From Octopus sinensis (lineage: Eukaryota): a DNA stretch of 64,000 bases. This document shows positions 26,111 to 38,984 of this stretch, one piece after another (position 1 is the stretch's first letter; every line of letters begins with the position of its first letter). The notes beneath the pieces were generated by a model. The model ran no database searches. It saw only the letters and a program-made list of their open reading frames with translations, and was not told the DNA's origin. Made by a program: the position numbers and the translations under genes. The stretch covers positions 78,802,001-78,866,000 of the forward strand of contig NC_042997.1 in the NCBI RefSeq assembly GCF_006345805.1, in the 5' to 3' direction.

Positions 26111-27012
26111 CCTTCTATATAATAAATTATATATATATGTATGTGTGTGTGTGCGTGTGTCCCTCTCACCACCATTTAACGGTGAATGGATATAATGTCT
26201 TACATACATACATGCAAATATAAACCTACCGATTCATATATACAGACACAAACAATCATATAGATACTTATACATACTCACAGATATACGTATAATCTTA
26301 AAGTATACAGACATATACGCTTATCGATTTACACATATATATGTCACTCTTTTCGTGGAAAACAGTAAAAATTCGAATTTGCTTTTTTCTCTCCTCTTTT
26401 TTCAATATTCTCATTTATTTCTATATGTTCATACATATATACATATATACATATATATATATGTGTGTGTCTGTGTGTGTGTGTGTATACAATATTTACA
26501 TATATCTACACACACACTCATACGTGCATGCATGTACACACTCATACACAGACATACACTCACACAACATATACACACACACACGTACACAATCACATAC
26601 ATCTACACATACGTACATACGTATTAATCTAAGTACACTCATAGCATTATATATATATATATTTACATATATACATTTTTATATAAATATATTATATATA
26701 TATTCATTATATATATTATATATATGTATATCATATATAAATATTATGTATAGATATTATATATGATAATTATATATATATATGTATATTACATATATAT
26801 ACATATATATATATTATATTATATTATATTATATTATATTATATTATATTATATTATATATATTATATGTATCCATTATACATATATATTTTAATATATT
26901 TTTATATATATTATGTATTATATATACATATATATATTATATATATGTATATTATATATATATATAATGTTATGTATATATATTATACATATATGTTATA
27001 TATATATATAAT

Positions 27013-27013
27013 A

Positions 27014-27053
<40 letters not shown>

Positions 27054-27547
27054 GAGTGAGAGAGCAGTGCATGCCATCAAAGTGGCACAGGGGTAAAATA
27101 TACGAAGCCCAATATACCCATCATGACTACCCGGCTGATAAGGGTACACCAGGCACATGCATCACAACCATATGAGCGCGACATGGTGATCTCATATCAA
27201 GATAAACAGCGCATGACCTTGCAGGTGGAGCCTAGTTAGAATTTTCTTCTGGTCGAGTAGCCCACCCCGCTCAAAAGGTCCCTAAATAAGGATTGTTTAA
27301 GGATGTTGAACGAACCACCCGTGTTTCCAAAGGTGAATTATCCAAATCTCTAAGAATTCCTTTCAACACACGGCTAGGATGCTCCCCCACTGCTTCTGCT
27401 TGTGATCAGAGATGCACATATATTCAGCCACTAAGGGACATGGTCAACTGGTTACGGTCAAACAACTGACAAGCAAATCTGTGGTATTGAGCAGAATATT
27501 TGCTGTAGCCCATCTTTTATACCAAGACAAAACAATGTACATGATTA

Positions 27548-27609
<62 letters not shown>

Positions 27610-27610
27610 T
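27013..27610. repeat. ~490-bp unclassified GC-richer segment (27054-27542) bracketed by two (ATT)n arrays
   Basis: (ATT)n at ~27013-27053 and ~27543-27610. No convincing ORF. Probably a retroposon 3' piece (inference). Confidence 0.5.
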
Positions 27611-27959
27611 GATTCAGATTCCGTGCTACTTCATGTTTCGAAGTCCCTATCCCTAAGATTATATTAAAATAACAGCACAGCAAACTTAGCAGACGGATCG
27701 CCATTTGCAACAGTAGAAAATGTAAACAATCAGCCCGTTCAGCCGGTCCCAGGGCCCGTACTGGTTGCACTGCCTCGTTAGAGCGCTCTCACACAGCGCT
27801 CAACCAGCCTAGAGCTTCCGGGACAAGTGTATTTTATGCTAACTAACCTACCTGTTACGGCAGATTAGCAGCATGTATTGGTACCTCCTGTGACTGCCCA
27901 GTTTGTGTCAGTCAGACCAATCACAAAATACCTTACAGTTTTCGGTTACTTTTAAGCAT

Positions 27960-28883
27960 TTACAGACAGGGTTTATTGAAAGGCTCAAGTTGTCACTCTT
28001 TCATAAGCAGCAGTACTCTTACTGTATGAACACTAATTTCCAGCAACTGTAAAACCCGCCTCATGTCTCCAAGTGATAAATGAAGGAAATATGAAATTGA
28101 TTTTAAACTGAAAGTGATAGCATATGCCAAGTCCCACACCAACTGTGCTGCTGCGAGTATACAGTGTAACCGAGAAGATAAGAGTTTGGAGATTAAAGAA
28201 GACTTATTAAGGAGTATACCAAGGACAAAATGTGCAATGAGGGGAGGCACTGCACACTGGTCAATTCTAGAAGAGCAAATAGCAGACATGGTCTGTGAGC
28301 AGCGCCAAAATGGATACGTTGTTTCAAGACCAATAGCCTCATGAAGCAAGATAAAATTTACAAATTAAATACTAGCAGTAAACTTTATAACAGCATTTCT
28401 AATATATTACAACATAATATTATACACACTGTAAGTAACTCTGTAAATCCATTTCAAGCAAATGGTGTCATTATGGTATACTTGACACTATGTTTGTTCC
28501 TGTAAAATAACCGACGCCTAATTGGCGTCACTGCGGTAGTGTTTACATGTTTGATGTGTATTATAGTAGATAATTTGGAATATTTGGCCACTTTTTGAAG
28601 AGAGCTGTATAGATTTTAAACAACCAAGACTGCAGAATTGTTGCATACAAAGTTTACTAATTGAAACATAGTTAACATGTTATTGAAACACAAGAAAAAC
28701 AGAGGATTCAGGGGGTGTTGGGGAAACTACGACTCACCCGACCCTTTAGTTATGAAATGCGCTATTTTCCATGAAAACTTGGGGTGGTCTTATACAGCAA
28801 GAAGAGATCAAAACTCACTTTTTAAATGGAAATCCTGGGGGTCGTCTTATACACCTAGTCGTACTATACGCAATCATATAAGG
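27960..28883 (+). mobile_element. pogo-like transposon remnant (N-terminal HTH/CENP-B domains and right end)
   Basis: RKYEIDFKLKVIAYAKSHTNCAAA...HWSILEEQIADMVCEQRQNGYVVS. Right end 'gggtcgtcttatacacctagtcgtactatacg...aagg|TA'. Left boundary uncertain. Confidence 0.65.
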
Positions 28884-28893
28884 TATGTATATA

Positions 28894-30085
28894 CAGGGTG
28901 CGATGGGTAAATTGTCACCATTTTATATTTGTTTTATTTTGCGCATGCGCATTGTTTGTTTTTGATTTTGTCAACTACACACTATAGTAGGACACCGTCT
29001 GTGAGAAAAACAGCACCTTGACGCAATTCACTCTGTCAGAAATTTGGAAACGACATGTTGTACTGCGCCGGAAGCAACAATACAAACATTTCAGTGTATT
29101 TGGATGTTAATCTGAGGACAGTGCAGAAGATTCGGAACGAGTTAGATGGGTCTAATGGTGATTACGAAGGTACGGCAGCTCAGAAATCTCACTCTGATCA
29201 TTCTGATAAGAAAAGAACTCCTGAATTTGTTGGTGAGATTCAGGCCATGATTGACAACGATCATTCCAAGTCAATCAGGTCCATCGCCAGGGACATGTGA
29301 GTGTCTGAGTTTCTTATGAGGCAGGTAGTGCATGAAGACATTTGGTATCCCTCATACAAGATAAGAAAGGGCCAATTTTTATCCCAAGCCATCAAGGACA
29401 AGAGGAAAGACCGCGATATGAAGCTTTTGAGCAAACTCATGCATCTTCTCCAATCGAACATGCTTTGGTTTTTCTCAGACGAGAAAATTTCTGCCAAGAT
29501 CAGATGGTGAACACACAGAACAACCGTTGGCTTGCCATGTCCCCAAAACATGTACCGAGTGTGATAAAAACATGCAGTCAACATCATGGTTTTTGGAGTG
29601 ATCACTAGTGATGGCAAAGTTATGCCTCTATTCGTCCTCAGAGGAGGGCTGCTGGAAGATCCTATGTCTGGCAACAGGACTCTGCACCATGCCACACAAG
29701 CAAGAAAATCTAGTCATGGCTATCAGACAATTTTTGTGACTACATCACCCCTAACATGTGGTTACCTTAATTCCCCAGACTGCAATCCCCTTCATTATTA
29801 TGTAAGGGGCGCAGTTGAGCGAGAGACCAACAAAACTCATTGTAACACCATAGATGAACCGAAGGCAAGGGTTATGGCAACATTCCCTAGCTTAATCAAG
29901 GAGACCACTCAGAAGAGTTGCAGGAAAACCGAAGTCGTCTGGAGGCCGTAGCTGAAGCCAATGGCGATTTTATTGAATATATTTACTCTTTAGAATTTCA
30001 AGATATTTTTATGTAATTTTGGTAAATATATCTGTTAAAATGAGATGTCAGTGTTATTTTCATTTTTGCGTAATTTAGACGACAA
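28894..30085 (+). mobile_element. Tc1/mariner superfamily, maT/DD37D-like element, degenerate
   Basis: TA|CAGGGTGCGATGGGTAAATTG 5' end. WFFSDEK, WQQDSAPCH, SPDCNPL motifs. Internal deletion near 29640. The 3' TIR is replaced by microsatellite. Confidence 0.85.
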
Positions 30086-30134
30086 ATGTGTGTGTGTGTG
30101 TGTGTGTGTATACATACAAACACACACACACACA

Positions 30135-30242
<108 letters not shown>

Positions 30243-30284
30243 CAGAGAGAGAAAGAAAGAGAGAGAGAGAGAGATTAATATATA

Positions 30285-30490
30285 TTCTTTTATTCTTTTA
30301 CTTACTTCAGTCATTCTGACTGTAGCTATGTTGGAGCAACGCCTTAAAGAGTTTTTAGTCGAAGAAATTGACCCCAGAATTTAATCTTTGTAAGCCTAGT
30401 ACTTATTCTATTGATCTCCTTTGCCTAACCGGTAAGTTACGGAGATGTAACCACACCAACATCGGTTGTCAAGCGATGGGGGGGGACAAA
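30285..30490 (-). mobile_element. SINE 3' half
   Basis: Matches 63540-63720. Confidence 0.75.
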
Positions 30491-30502
30491 CACACATATG
30501 TA

Positions 30503-30532
<30 letters not shown>

Positions 30533-30533
<1 letters not shown>

Positions 30534-33500
30534 TGGTTGGCATCCTTTTCGTCTCGGGAGACAATGGAGTTGCGCATAAAATAGTCCAGTCCGGCTTTTA
30601 CATTTCATGTCCTGATACATTTCTTGCTGTGGCTGTATAGTCCTGTCTTGGACAAACACTCCCTCTGGCAGGTACCGCAAATGTAGCGAAGACTATTCCT
30701 GGCTGGTTGTAGTGTCATAGTTTCTTGTTGACGTCTTTTCTTGTCTTTCCATTTCTCTTCTCTCTCTTTCTGTCACCCCTTTGTATTCCCTCTTTTACGG
30801 TACGTCGCCAATCTCCACGGTTGCTGACAATTGCTTCCCAACTGCTAATATTGATGTTGCAGGCCTTCATGTCCCTTTTGCAAACATCCTTGTAACGTAA
30901 GAACGATTTACCCACAGACCTAGTACCCCTAGCAAGCTCTCCGTAGAGTATGTCCTTGGGGATTCTGCCATCTTTCATACGGCTAACATGCCCAAGCCAT
31001 CTCATACGTCTTTGTGTGAGGAGTGCAAACATGCTTGGTATTCCTGCTTGCCTGAGGACATCTTTGTTGGGGATATGATTCTGCCATTTGATGCGGAGGA
31101 TTTTCCGGAGGCAGCGCAGGTGAAAGATGTTTAGGCGACGCTCTTGGCGTGTGTATAGCGTCCAAGTCTCACTTCCATACAGTAGAGTGCTAAGTACACA
31201 TGCCTGGTAGATCTTCATTTTCGTGGTCTTGGTCAGCTTATTGTTGTCCCATGCCCGTTTGGAGAGTTGTAGGTGACAGTAGAGCCAAGATAGGTAAACT
31301 TTTCCACCTCCTGTAATCTGTGGTCTCCAATATGTATGTTTGGGATGTCCGATGTAGCCTGACCCATGATGTTGGTCTTCTTAAGGCCGATAGCTAAGCC
31401 AAAGTCGTTACATGCTTACTCAAAACAGTTAATGAGCCTTTGGAGGGCTTCTTCTGCGTGTGATACCAGAGCAGCAGCATCAGCAAATAGCATCTCTTTG
31501 ATCAGGACGTTTCTGATTTTAGTCTTGGCACGCAGGCGCGAGAGATTGAACAGTTTTCCGTCACTTCTACTGTGCAGAAACACTCCATCATCTGATGTCT
31601 GAAAGGCATGTGAGAGCAAGAGCGAGAAGAAAATGCCAAATAATGTAGGAGCAAGGACACAACCTTGCTTTACCCCATTTTTTATTTGGAAGGCGGCTGA
31701 TGTTGAACCATTGTGCTGTATGGTGCCTTGCATATCATCATGGAAAGACTTGATGATCCTCAGCAGCTTTGGTGGACATCCGATTTTTTGGAGCAGGATG
31801 AAGAGGCCTTTTCTACTTACCGAGTTAAAGGCCTTTGTTAGATCAATGAAGGCCATATATAGTGGCATTTTCTGCTCTCTGGACTTCTCCTGAAGTTGGC
31901 GTATGGAGAATATCATATCAATAGTTGATCTGCTTCTTCTAAAGCCACACTGCAATTCCGGATAGATTCGAGAAGCAAGTAGTTGTAGCCTGGCCAGGAT
32001 AACGCGAGCTAAGGTCTTTCCAACAGTGCTTAGAAGAGATATTCCACGGTAATTGTTACAATCACCATGGTCACCTTTGTTTTTGTAAAGCGTAATGATG
32101 TTAGCATCCCGCATATCCTGAGGGACTGTACCCTCTTCCCAGCACTGACACAGAAGCTCATGAAGGTGCCGAAGCAGGATGGTGTTTTTGCCGGCTTTGA
32201 TGATCTCTGAGGGGATGCCGTCTTTTCCCGGAGCCTTGTTACTTGCTAGGGAGTCAATAGCCTTGGTGAGCTCTGCTATAGATGGCGGACTGTCAAGTTT
32301 GCACATGACTGTCAAGATCTTGACACTCTCGATTGCAGCCTCAGCTACTGTAGTCTCCCGTGAGTAGAGATCCTGGTAGTGCTCTACCCATCTATCCATT
32401 TGCTTGCTTTGATCCCTGATGAGATCTCCAGTAGTTGATTTCAGAGAGGCCGACTTGGTTGCGGATGGACCGAGGGCCTTCTTCAAACCGGCATACATCC
32501 CACGGGTGTCGCCCCTGTCAGCAGCTGACTGGATACTCTGACAGATTTCCTGCCAATACCTATTTGCACAGCGTCTGGTTGTCAGTTGGGTTTTATTTCT
32601 TGCCTTTCTGAGTTCTTCGAGTAACTTTGTAGAAGAATCACTCTTGTATTGCATCAGAGCTGCATGCTTTGCTTCGATAACTGGCTCCAGCTCTGAGAGC
32701 CCAGCATTGAACCAATCTGGGTTTTGCCTTTCTCTCATGCCGAAAGTATCTATTGATGTGGTATACAAAGCTTCCCCGATTTAATTTCACCTACCTTCAG
32801 CAGAGGAGGTTGGGCAGCTACTGGGGGCAACCTTGATAGAAGCAGCAAAACATTTTCGCAGTGTAGGGTCCGAGGTTCTGGCGGTGTTGATGCGTGGTCG
32901 GCCCACTTTTTTGGAGCGATGGACTTTTTTAGGCAGAATCCTCACCCTACTTCTAATAAGTGAGTGGTCCATGTCACAATCCGCGCTGTGGTAACTGCGG
33001 GTCAGTAGAACAGAATTCAGAAAGGATCTCCGTGTAATGATGAGATCCAGCTGATGCCAGTGGTGAGATCTTGGATGTCTCCAAGATGCCTTGTGGGATG
33101 GTTTGTTGGTAAAGAATGTGTTTGTGATGCACAGGTTATGGTATGTGCAGAATTCGAGTAGTCTCTGACCATTGTCATTCATGTTGCCAATACCAAAGTG
33201 TCCAACACAAATGGGCCACGAATCGTGGTCAGATCCCACGCGAGCGTTAAAGTCCCCTAGAAGGTAGATATTTTTAGTTGTTGGTATAGTTTTATGACAC
33301 AGTTGAGATCTTTGTAGAACTGGTCCTTGGTCTCCTCTGAGCTGTAGAGAGTGGGAGCATAGATGCTGAGTAGATGTACTGAGCCAGAAGAAGTCGAGAG
33401 GCGCAGTGAGAGGATACGCTCAGTGCCTCCTGATGGTGGTTCTATTGAGGAGAGTAATGAGTTTCTCACTGCAAAACCAACGCCATGCTGACGAGGTTCT

Positions 33501-34150
33501 TCTGGATCGCTTCCCTGCCAAAAGAAGGTGAAATCTTGTTCTTTGAGTTTGCCGTTTGAGGGAAGTCTTGTCTCCTGTAGCCCAGCAATGTCTATGTTAA
33601 GCCTCTTTAGTTCACGGTCAATGATGGCCGTTTTCCTTGTGTCTTCAACCCTGGGTAGATCATCAGATATTCCAGGGCACATGGTCCTGACATTCCAGCT
33701 TGCCAACCGCAGGACTGGTGGTTTCTTGTTTTTTAGTTGTTTGCCTGGTGTAGAGGTTGCAGGCCGCTTTTCAAGTCATACTCTTAGCTCCAAGCACCCA
33801 ATGAAGCAGGAGGCCTGTGGCGGGTCAGTACCTTATTAACTGGGGCTGCCCAGCTTGAGGTGGGCAGTAGCTAACCAATAGGACACGGAGGTCCCTCCCA
33901 CCGTCAGAGGTAACCCGTAGCGCCCATATTTTACGCCAATCTGAATGGACTTATCACTCGTGACTGTTACCTCCCGTGTTATTTCTGCAGCTTTTTACAG
34001 CAGCACTGAAGTGTCCTCTCCAGTTTTGCGCAGGCCTGGGCTAGATATGAGAAAGTCCTGGGTAGCCCAATCGTCAGGTTTCCTCTCTCGACCTTGCTGA
34101 TGTAGTCCAAAGGAGTGCAGAGCATTACGTTTGGCACCAGCTTGGCTATG
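30533..34150 (-). mobile_element. near full-length RTE (BovB-like) LINE, few disruptions
   Basis: APE endonuclease (ASWNVRTM, IAGLQETRL, HWHQLDLIITRR, SYHSADCDMDH). RT 32768-31416 (YRGISLLS, QCGFR, FIDLTKAF, GVKQGCVLAP, MLFADAA). C-terminal YGSETW...WLGHV and C2H2-like finger. Confidence 0.95.
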
Positions 34151-34478
34151 TTATAAACTACGTTCAAAAGAGATATCTCAAGAATTCAATCACTACTACC
34201 ATCCACAACAAGTCTATTTCAGGGCACTTGATTATTTAACATCCTACTACTATCATAGCACTCCCGCATTCTTATTCTTGTTCTTATTTTTATGCTTATT
34301 ATTATTATTATTATTATTCTCTGCCAAGATTTCACAACGACCTCTAACCCACAAGAGTAAACAAGATAGATACAGGCAGAAACAAGGAAAATACCCCTTG
34401 TATTTGAACACTATTCAAATATTCTTTTTAAAATCTTTTCATTTAACTTTTCCAAAATGTAATTGTTTTCCATATTTA

Positions 34479-34514
34479 CAGTTGTAAAAGACTCAATGAC
34501 CGAAACCGGTACTG
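34479..34514 (+). ncRNA. decayed minimal hammerhead
   Basis: CAG-(degenerate core)-...GACC-GAAA-CCGG-TA-CTG. The palindromic stem III ACCGGT is intact. Confidence 0.35.
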
Positions 34515-34627
34515 AAATGTTTTTTATAAAATTATTTTATAATTTTCTACCTTGACTTTTTTTCCATATATATATCAACCCGTGTGTTCCTTTTCAACCT
34601 TCTACATATATATATATATATATATAT

Positions 34628-34775
34628 AACGGGCTTCTTTCAGTTTCCGTCCACCAAATCTATTCACAAGGCTTTAGTCGCCCCAAGGTTATAGTAGAAA
34701 ATGCCACGCAGGGGAGCTGAACCCGAAACCATGTGGTTAAGAAGCAAGCTTCTTACCACACACCCACGCCTGCGC

Positions 34776-34780
<5 letters not shown>
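34628..34780 (-). mobile_element. SINE 5' half (tRNA-like head)
   Basis: Matches 63725-63910. Confidence 0.75.
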
Positions 34781-34819
<39 letters not shown>

Positions 34820-34956
34820 ACACACACACACACACACATACACACACACATATAGTTGAAAAATATCGTTATAGGTATAAAAATACCTTAAGCAATTATA
34901 GAAAAATGGAGGAGAAAAAGATGTTGAATCAAAATTAGATTTAACACAAAGTAGGA

Positions 34957-35063
34957 CTCAATACATACGCGCGTTTCAAAGGACAATACAAATATGTAAG
35001 AAAAAAATTATAACCATAATAATTGTACTTAAATTTATGCATTGTCATTTTCATCAGTGTGAG
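34957..35063 (-). ncRNA. type I hammerhead ribozyme with long stem II, in a Penelope-like terminus (~34855-35400)
   Basis: CTCACA-CTGATGA-AAATGACAATGCA(47 nt)TGTATTGTCCTTT-GAAA-CGCGCG-TA-TGT(A)TTGAG. GUA triplet. Stem III is the palindrome ACGCGCGT. Confidence 0.8.
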
Positions 35064-35416
35064 GAATTTTTGTAAGGACATCAAAAAAGGTTTCGTAAAA
35101 AAAAAGTAAATTAAAATAAGATACAATAAGGGAGAATACAAATGGGGTAATAGAGAAAAAATCGGATATTTGTAAGCAAGTTTTAGAAAGAGGAAAAATA
35201 ATAGTAGTGATAATAGTAAGAGAGACGAAAGGGAAAAAAGACAGACATATCAATGTGCATGCACGTCTGTATGTGCGGTAAACTATAACATAAAAATAAG
35301 AATTAAAAGTTAACGGGTGTGCTTAAAAAATGGTAACAGGTCGACACAAATACACAGGACCACGTGTGTATAGTAGAATATAACGTAACTAGTAGAAAAC
35401 CCCTACTAGTTTTTTA

Positions 35417-36700
35417 CGAGGGGCGTTCAATAAGTAATTCCTCAGACCCGCTTGCCTTTGTTTGATCTAGCTGCATGTGCAATTATTGATATCTCTATAG
35501 ATTAAGTGGCAAATTACAGCTCCGAACTAATTGTGGTTTCTGATTTACAGGTGTTAGAAATGGGTCAAGTGGGAAATGGAGCATGTTGAGTGTCGAGCAG
35601 TGATCCGGTTTTTGTATTTGAAATGACGCACACCACAGGAGACTTTTAATGAAATGAAAGTAACTTATGGTGATGATGCCCCATCATATGACCTTGTAAA
35701 ACGTTGGCATCGTGAATTCAAACATGGTCGGAACTCTGTGGAAACAGCTCCCAGATCTGGTCGCACCCCTTCTGCCATTGATGAGGCATCTGTCCGTCAA
35801 GTTGAGGCTGCCATTTTGGAAGATCGACACATAACTATTCGCCAAATAGCCCATGAGGTCAAGATTAGTACCGGGTCTGTGGAAACTATCATTCATGACC
35901 ATTTGCATATGCAAAAGGTGTCTGCCAGATGGATTTCCAGGTTGCTCATACTTTTCCAGAAGCAAGAACGCAAGAATTCCAGAAGCAAGAATTTAGGGAT
36001 GTGCCAAGAAGATGAGTCAAAATTTTTCAAAAGACTGATTACACAGGATGAGACCTGGGTCCATCACTATGATTCAGAGACCAAAGCCCAGTCAATGCAG
36101 TGGAAGCACCGTGACTCACCTCCTCCAAAGAAGGCAAGGGTGCAGCCCTCCGCTGGCAAGGTCATGCTCACAGTCTTCTGGGACCAGGACGGAGTAGTGA
36201 TGACAGATTTCCTGGCAAAGGGTACCACAATTACAGGAGCCTATCATGTTTCACTTTTGAGGAAATTAAGAGAAGCTATCGAAACCAAGAGGCGAGGCAA
36301 AATCAGCAAAGGCATCCTCCTCCTGCAGGACAACGCTCCGGTCCACAACTCGCGTGTCGCCAGATCAGAAGCACAGGCGTGCGGCTATGAACTCTTCCCC
36401 CATCCCCCTACTCTCCTGACCTTGCACCCTCTGATTTTCACCTCTTCCCAGGCATGAAGTTGTTTTTGAAAGGAATGCGTTTCCCAGATGATGCAGCCTT
36501 GATTTCTGAAGTCACGTCGTGGTTGGAGGACCAAGCTGGGGTCTTCTACGAAAACGGTCTCCAGAACTGCATCAAACGATGGGAGAAATGCATACCTCTG
36601 GGTTGTTCCTATGTAGAAAAAGACTAATACTTGTGCCAAGTTTCGTTGCTCTACTGCTATGGGAAGTCGGTCAGGGGCATTACTTATTGAACGCCCCTCG
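35417..36700 (+). mobile_element. full-length mariner (DD34D), frameshifted transposase
   Basis: TIR CGAGGGGCGTTCAATAAGTAAT at both ends with TA flanks (35415-16, 36701-02). ITQDETWVHHYD, LLQDNAPVH, HPP.SPDLAPSDF. 1284 bp. Confidence 0.95.
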
Positions 36701-36815
36701 TACATAGGTTTTTTCTTTGATGTATTTTGCATGCACCTGTATTTTTTATTTGTCTGGGCGGATGTGTATATATTATGTGTATTTTACGTGTGCACTTGTG
36801 TTTGTGTGTATGTAT

Positions 36816-36864
<49 letters not shown>

Positions 36865-37326
36865 TTATTTATATATATGTGTATATATGTATGCATATAT
36901 ATATATATTATATATATATATATATAAATATATATATGTATGTATGTATGTGTGTATATATATATATATATACATGTGTGTCCGTCTACATGTATGTGCA
37001 TGTTCATTTTTTTATGTATGTGTTTGTAGATGTCACCACTACACCATACACCACCATACCACACAACATCACATCACACCACCACGCACACACTAGCACT
37101 GACCTCTTCCCAGCCGCACATCCACACACGCACACGTCGAGGTCACCAGCCCTCTTCCACACGCACATACATACTCTCTTATACACATGCACGCGCACCT
37201 TCGTTTTGGGATCACCACTACTTTATTATCTCCCCTTCTTCCTAGCTATCCTGTGTGACCCTTCTGTCCGGCATTCGCCATGATAGATCGCTAGCCACTA
37301 CACATTCTTTATTTTATTTCTTTGTT

Positions 37327-37364
37327 TCTTTCTGTGGAAGAGCGTAGGCTCGAAACATTAAAAA
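37327..37364 (+). ncRNA. second copy of the minimal hammerhead-like variant (core CTGTGGA)
   Basis: TCTTT-CTGTGGA-A-GAGC(GTAG)GCTC-GAAA-CA-TT-AAAAA. Same family as 23846. Confidence 0.4.
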
Positions 37365-38984
37365 CTTTTTCACTTCCCGAGCGTTAAACTAACACATCTG
37401 TATGTGTGTATATGTAGATTTATTTATTTATATTTATATACATCTTACGTGAATACGTACTTCTTTATTTTACTTGTTGGATCTTCCTTCACACTTGCTT
37501 GCCTGTATGTGTATATAGACCACGCACCAAAGTAGCACCTTGTGATGAATATTTTTGTTTGAGTAGAAATCCTTTGGGTTCTGTGAGACGTTTGTCTCTG
37601 GTATCTCCCTCTCTACGTCCAGAGTTCAATGCCGTCGGGTCGACTTTACCTTTCATCCTTTTGGAGTCGATAAAATAAGTACCAGTTAAGCACTTAGCCC
37701 TACCCTCGAAATTGCTGGCCTTGTACCAAAGTTTAAACCCAATATTATCATCGATATAGTAACCATATAGATTGGTCTTGTAAAATAGGTGAAAATGAAG
37801 ATCTCAATATAATTTATAAACAAGTTGGTGTAATAGTGATATATCTTGATAATCATGCCTACTCCATTCAATTCCTCTCAGAAATCATTGGAGTAAAACA
37901 AGCCATTTAAAGTGATTGGAGAGGCGAAGAAGTATAAGGATATTAAGTCAATGTCTGATGCAGTGATCAAAACATACCTTAAGAACCGAGAAGTCGTCAC
38001 CGTCATCGATAATAGCGCAAACAGATTTGGTTTCAGTAAATAGAAGGGATCGAGTGAAAGAGGAAGGCTTTCAAGAGTATATTCGATGTCCTTGACAAGG
38101 ACAGTAACTAGAAACAGCAAAAGTTTGTTAAGATTAGAACAATGAAATAGTTTCAAACGGTGACGATAGGGCGGTCGGAAGTAATGGGCTTACAAATTTA
38201 TATTTACAAATGTATATTTTTTTATGTAATTTCAAACTGAAACTGCGAACTCTTAGTTACATGTCATAAACGACAAATAGTTTGGCAATCGGAAGCATGA
38301 AAATTTAAATTATATAAAATATAAAGTGCTTGCCTCTGCCTGACCATTAGGTTCAAGGATAATAACTTAAGAGAATTGATGGTGCTCCTTTGGCGTGTGG
38401 TCTACAAGGGAGAATACTTTAAGTTACTTTTTAAATTATTTTGTACATACTTAACATTTTAAATGCATATTTTCAAATTCTTACTGTTTTAATAATAAGA
38501 AAACCATATAATAATTAAAATAAACGTGTAGATCACACACCAAAGTAAATTTGCTCACGTAGGTCACACGGAAAGTAGCAATAAAACAAAGTAAACTAAA
38601 AAGTAACCTAAAGTAATCTCCCTTTAAATTGTAGATTGCACGACAAAGTATATGACGTGAATTTAGTACTGGTTTCTTGTAAAAATGCAACCGTCTTCGT
38701 CTTGTGGCTGATCACATTGTAAAAATCTTTAGCCAACATCATACGGGTTTTTAGAAATTGAAAAATTAACTAAAATGTAACCTAAAGTAATCTCCCTTGT
38801 AGATCACGCGCCAAAAGAACACCCAGTAGACACTCTTTCGTATGTACGTTTTCAAAACTCAAAAGTAGCTGACGCCAAACACTGGCTCATACTTTAAAGG
38901 GAGATAACTCCTAAAGATAAAATTTGAGTTGTTTTGCTTGTATCTTTTTTTCCCTCCACCCTGTTTTAAAATATTGTGACCTGA

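Larger units (their letters stand above)
24175..26125. repeat. large inverted repeat (~24250-24665 / ~25680-26120) of a Penelope-like terminus plus adjoining microsatellite, around ~1 kb of CA/TA repeats
   Basis: Both the unique segment and the flanking microsatellite pattern are mirrored. Confidence 0.85.
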
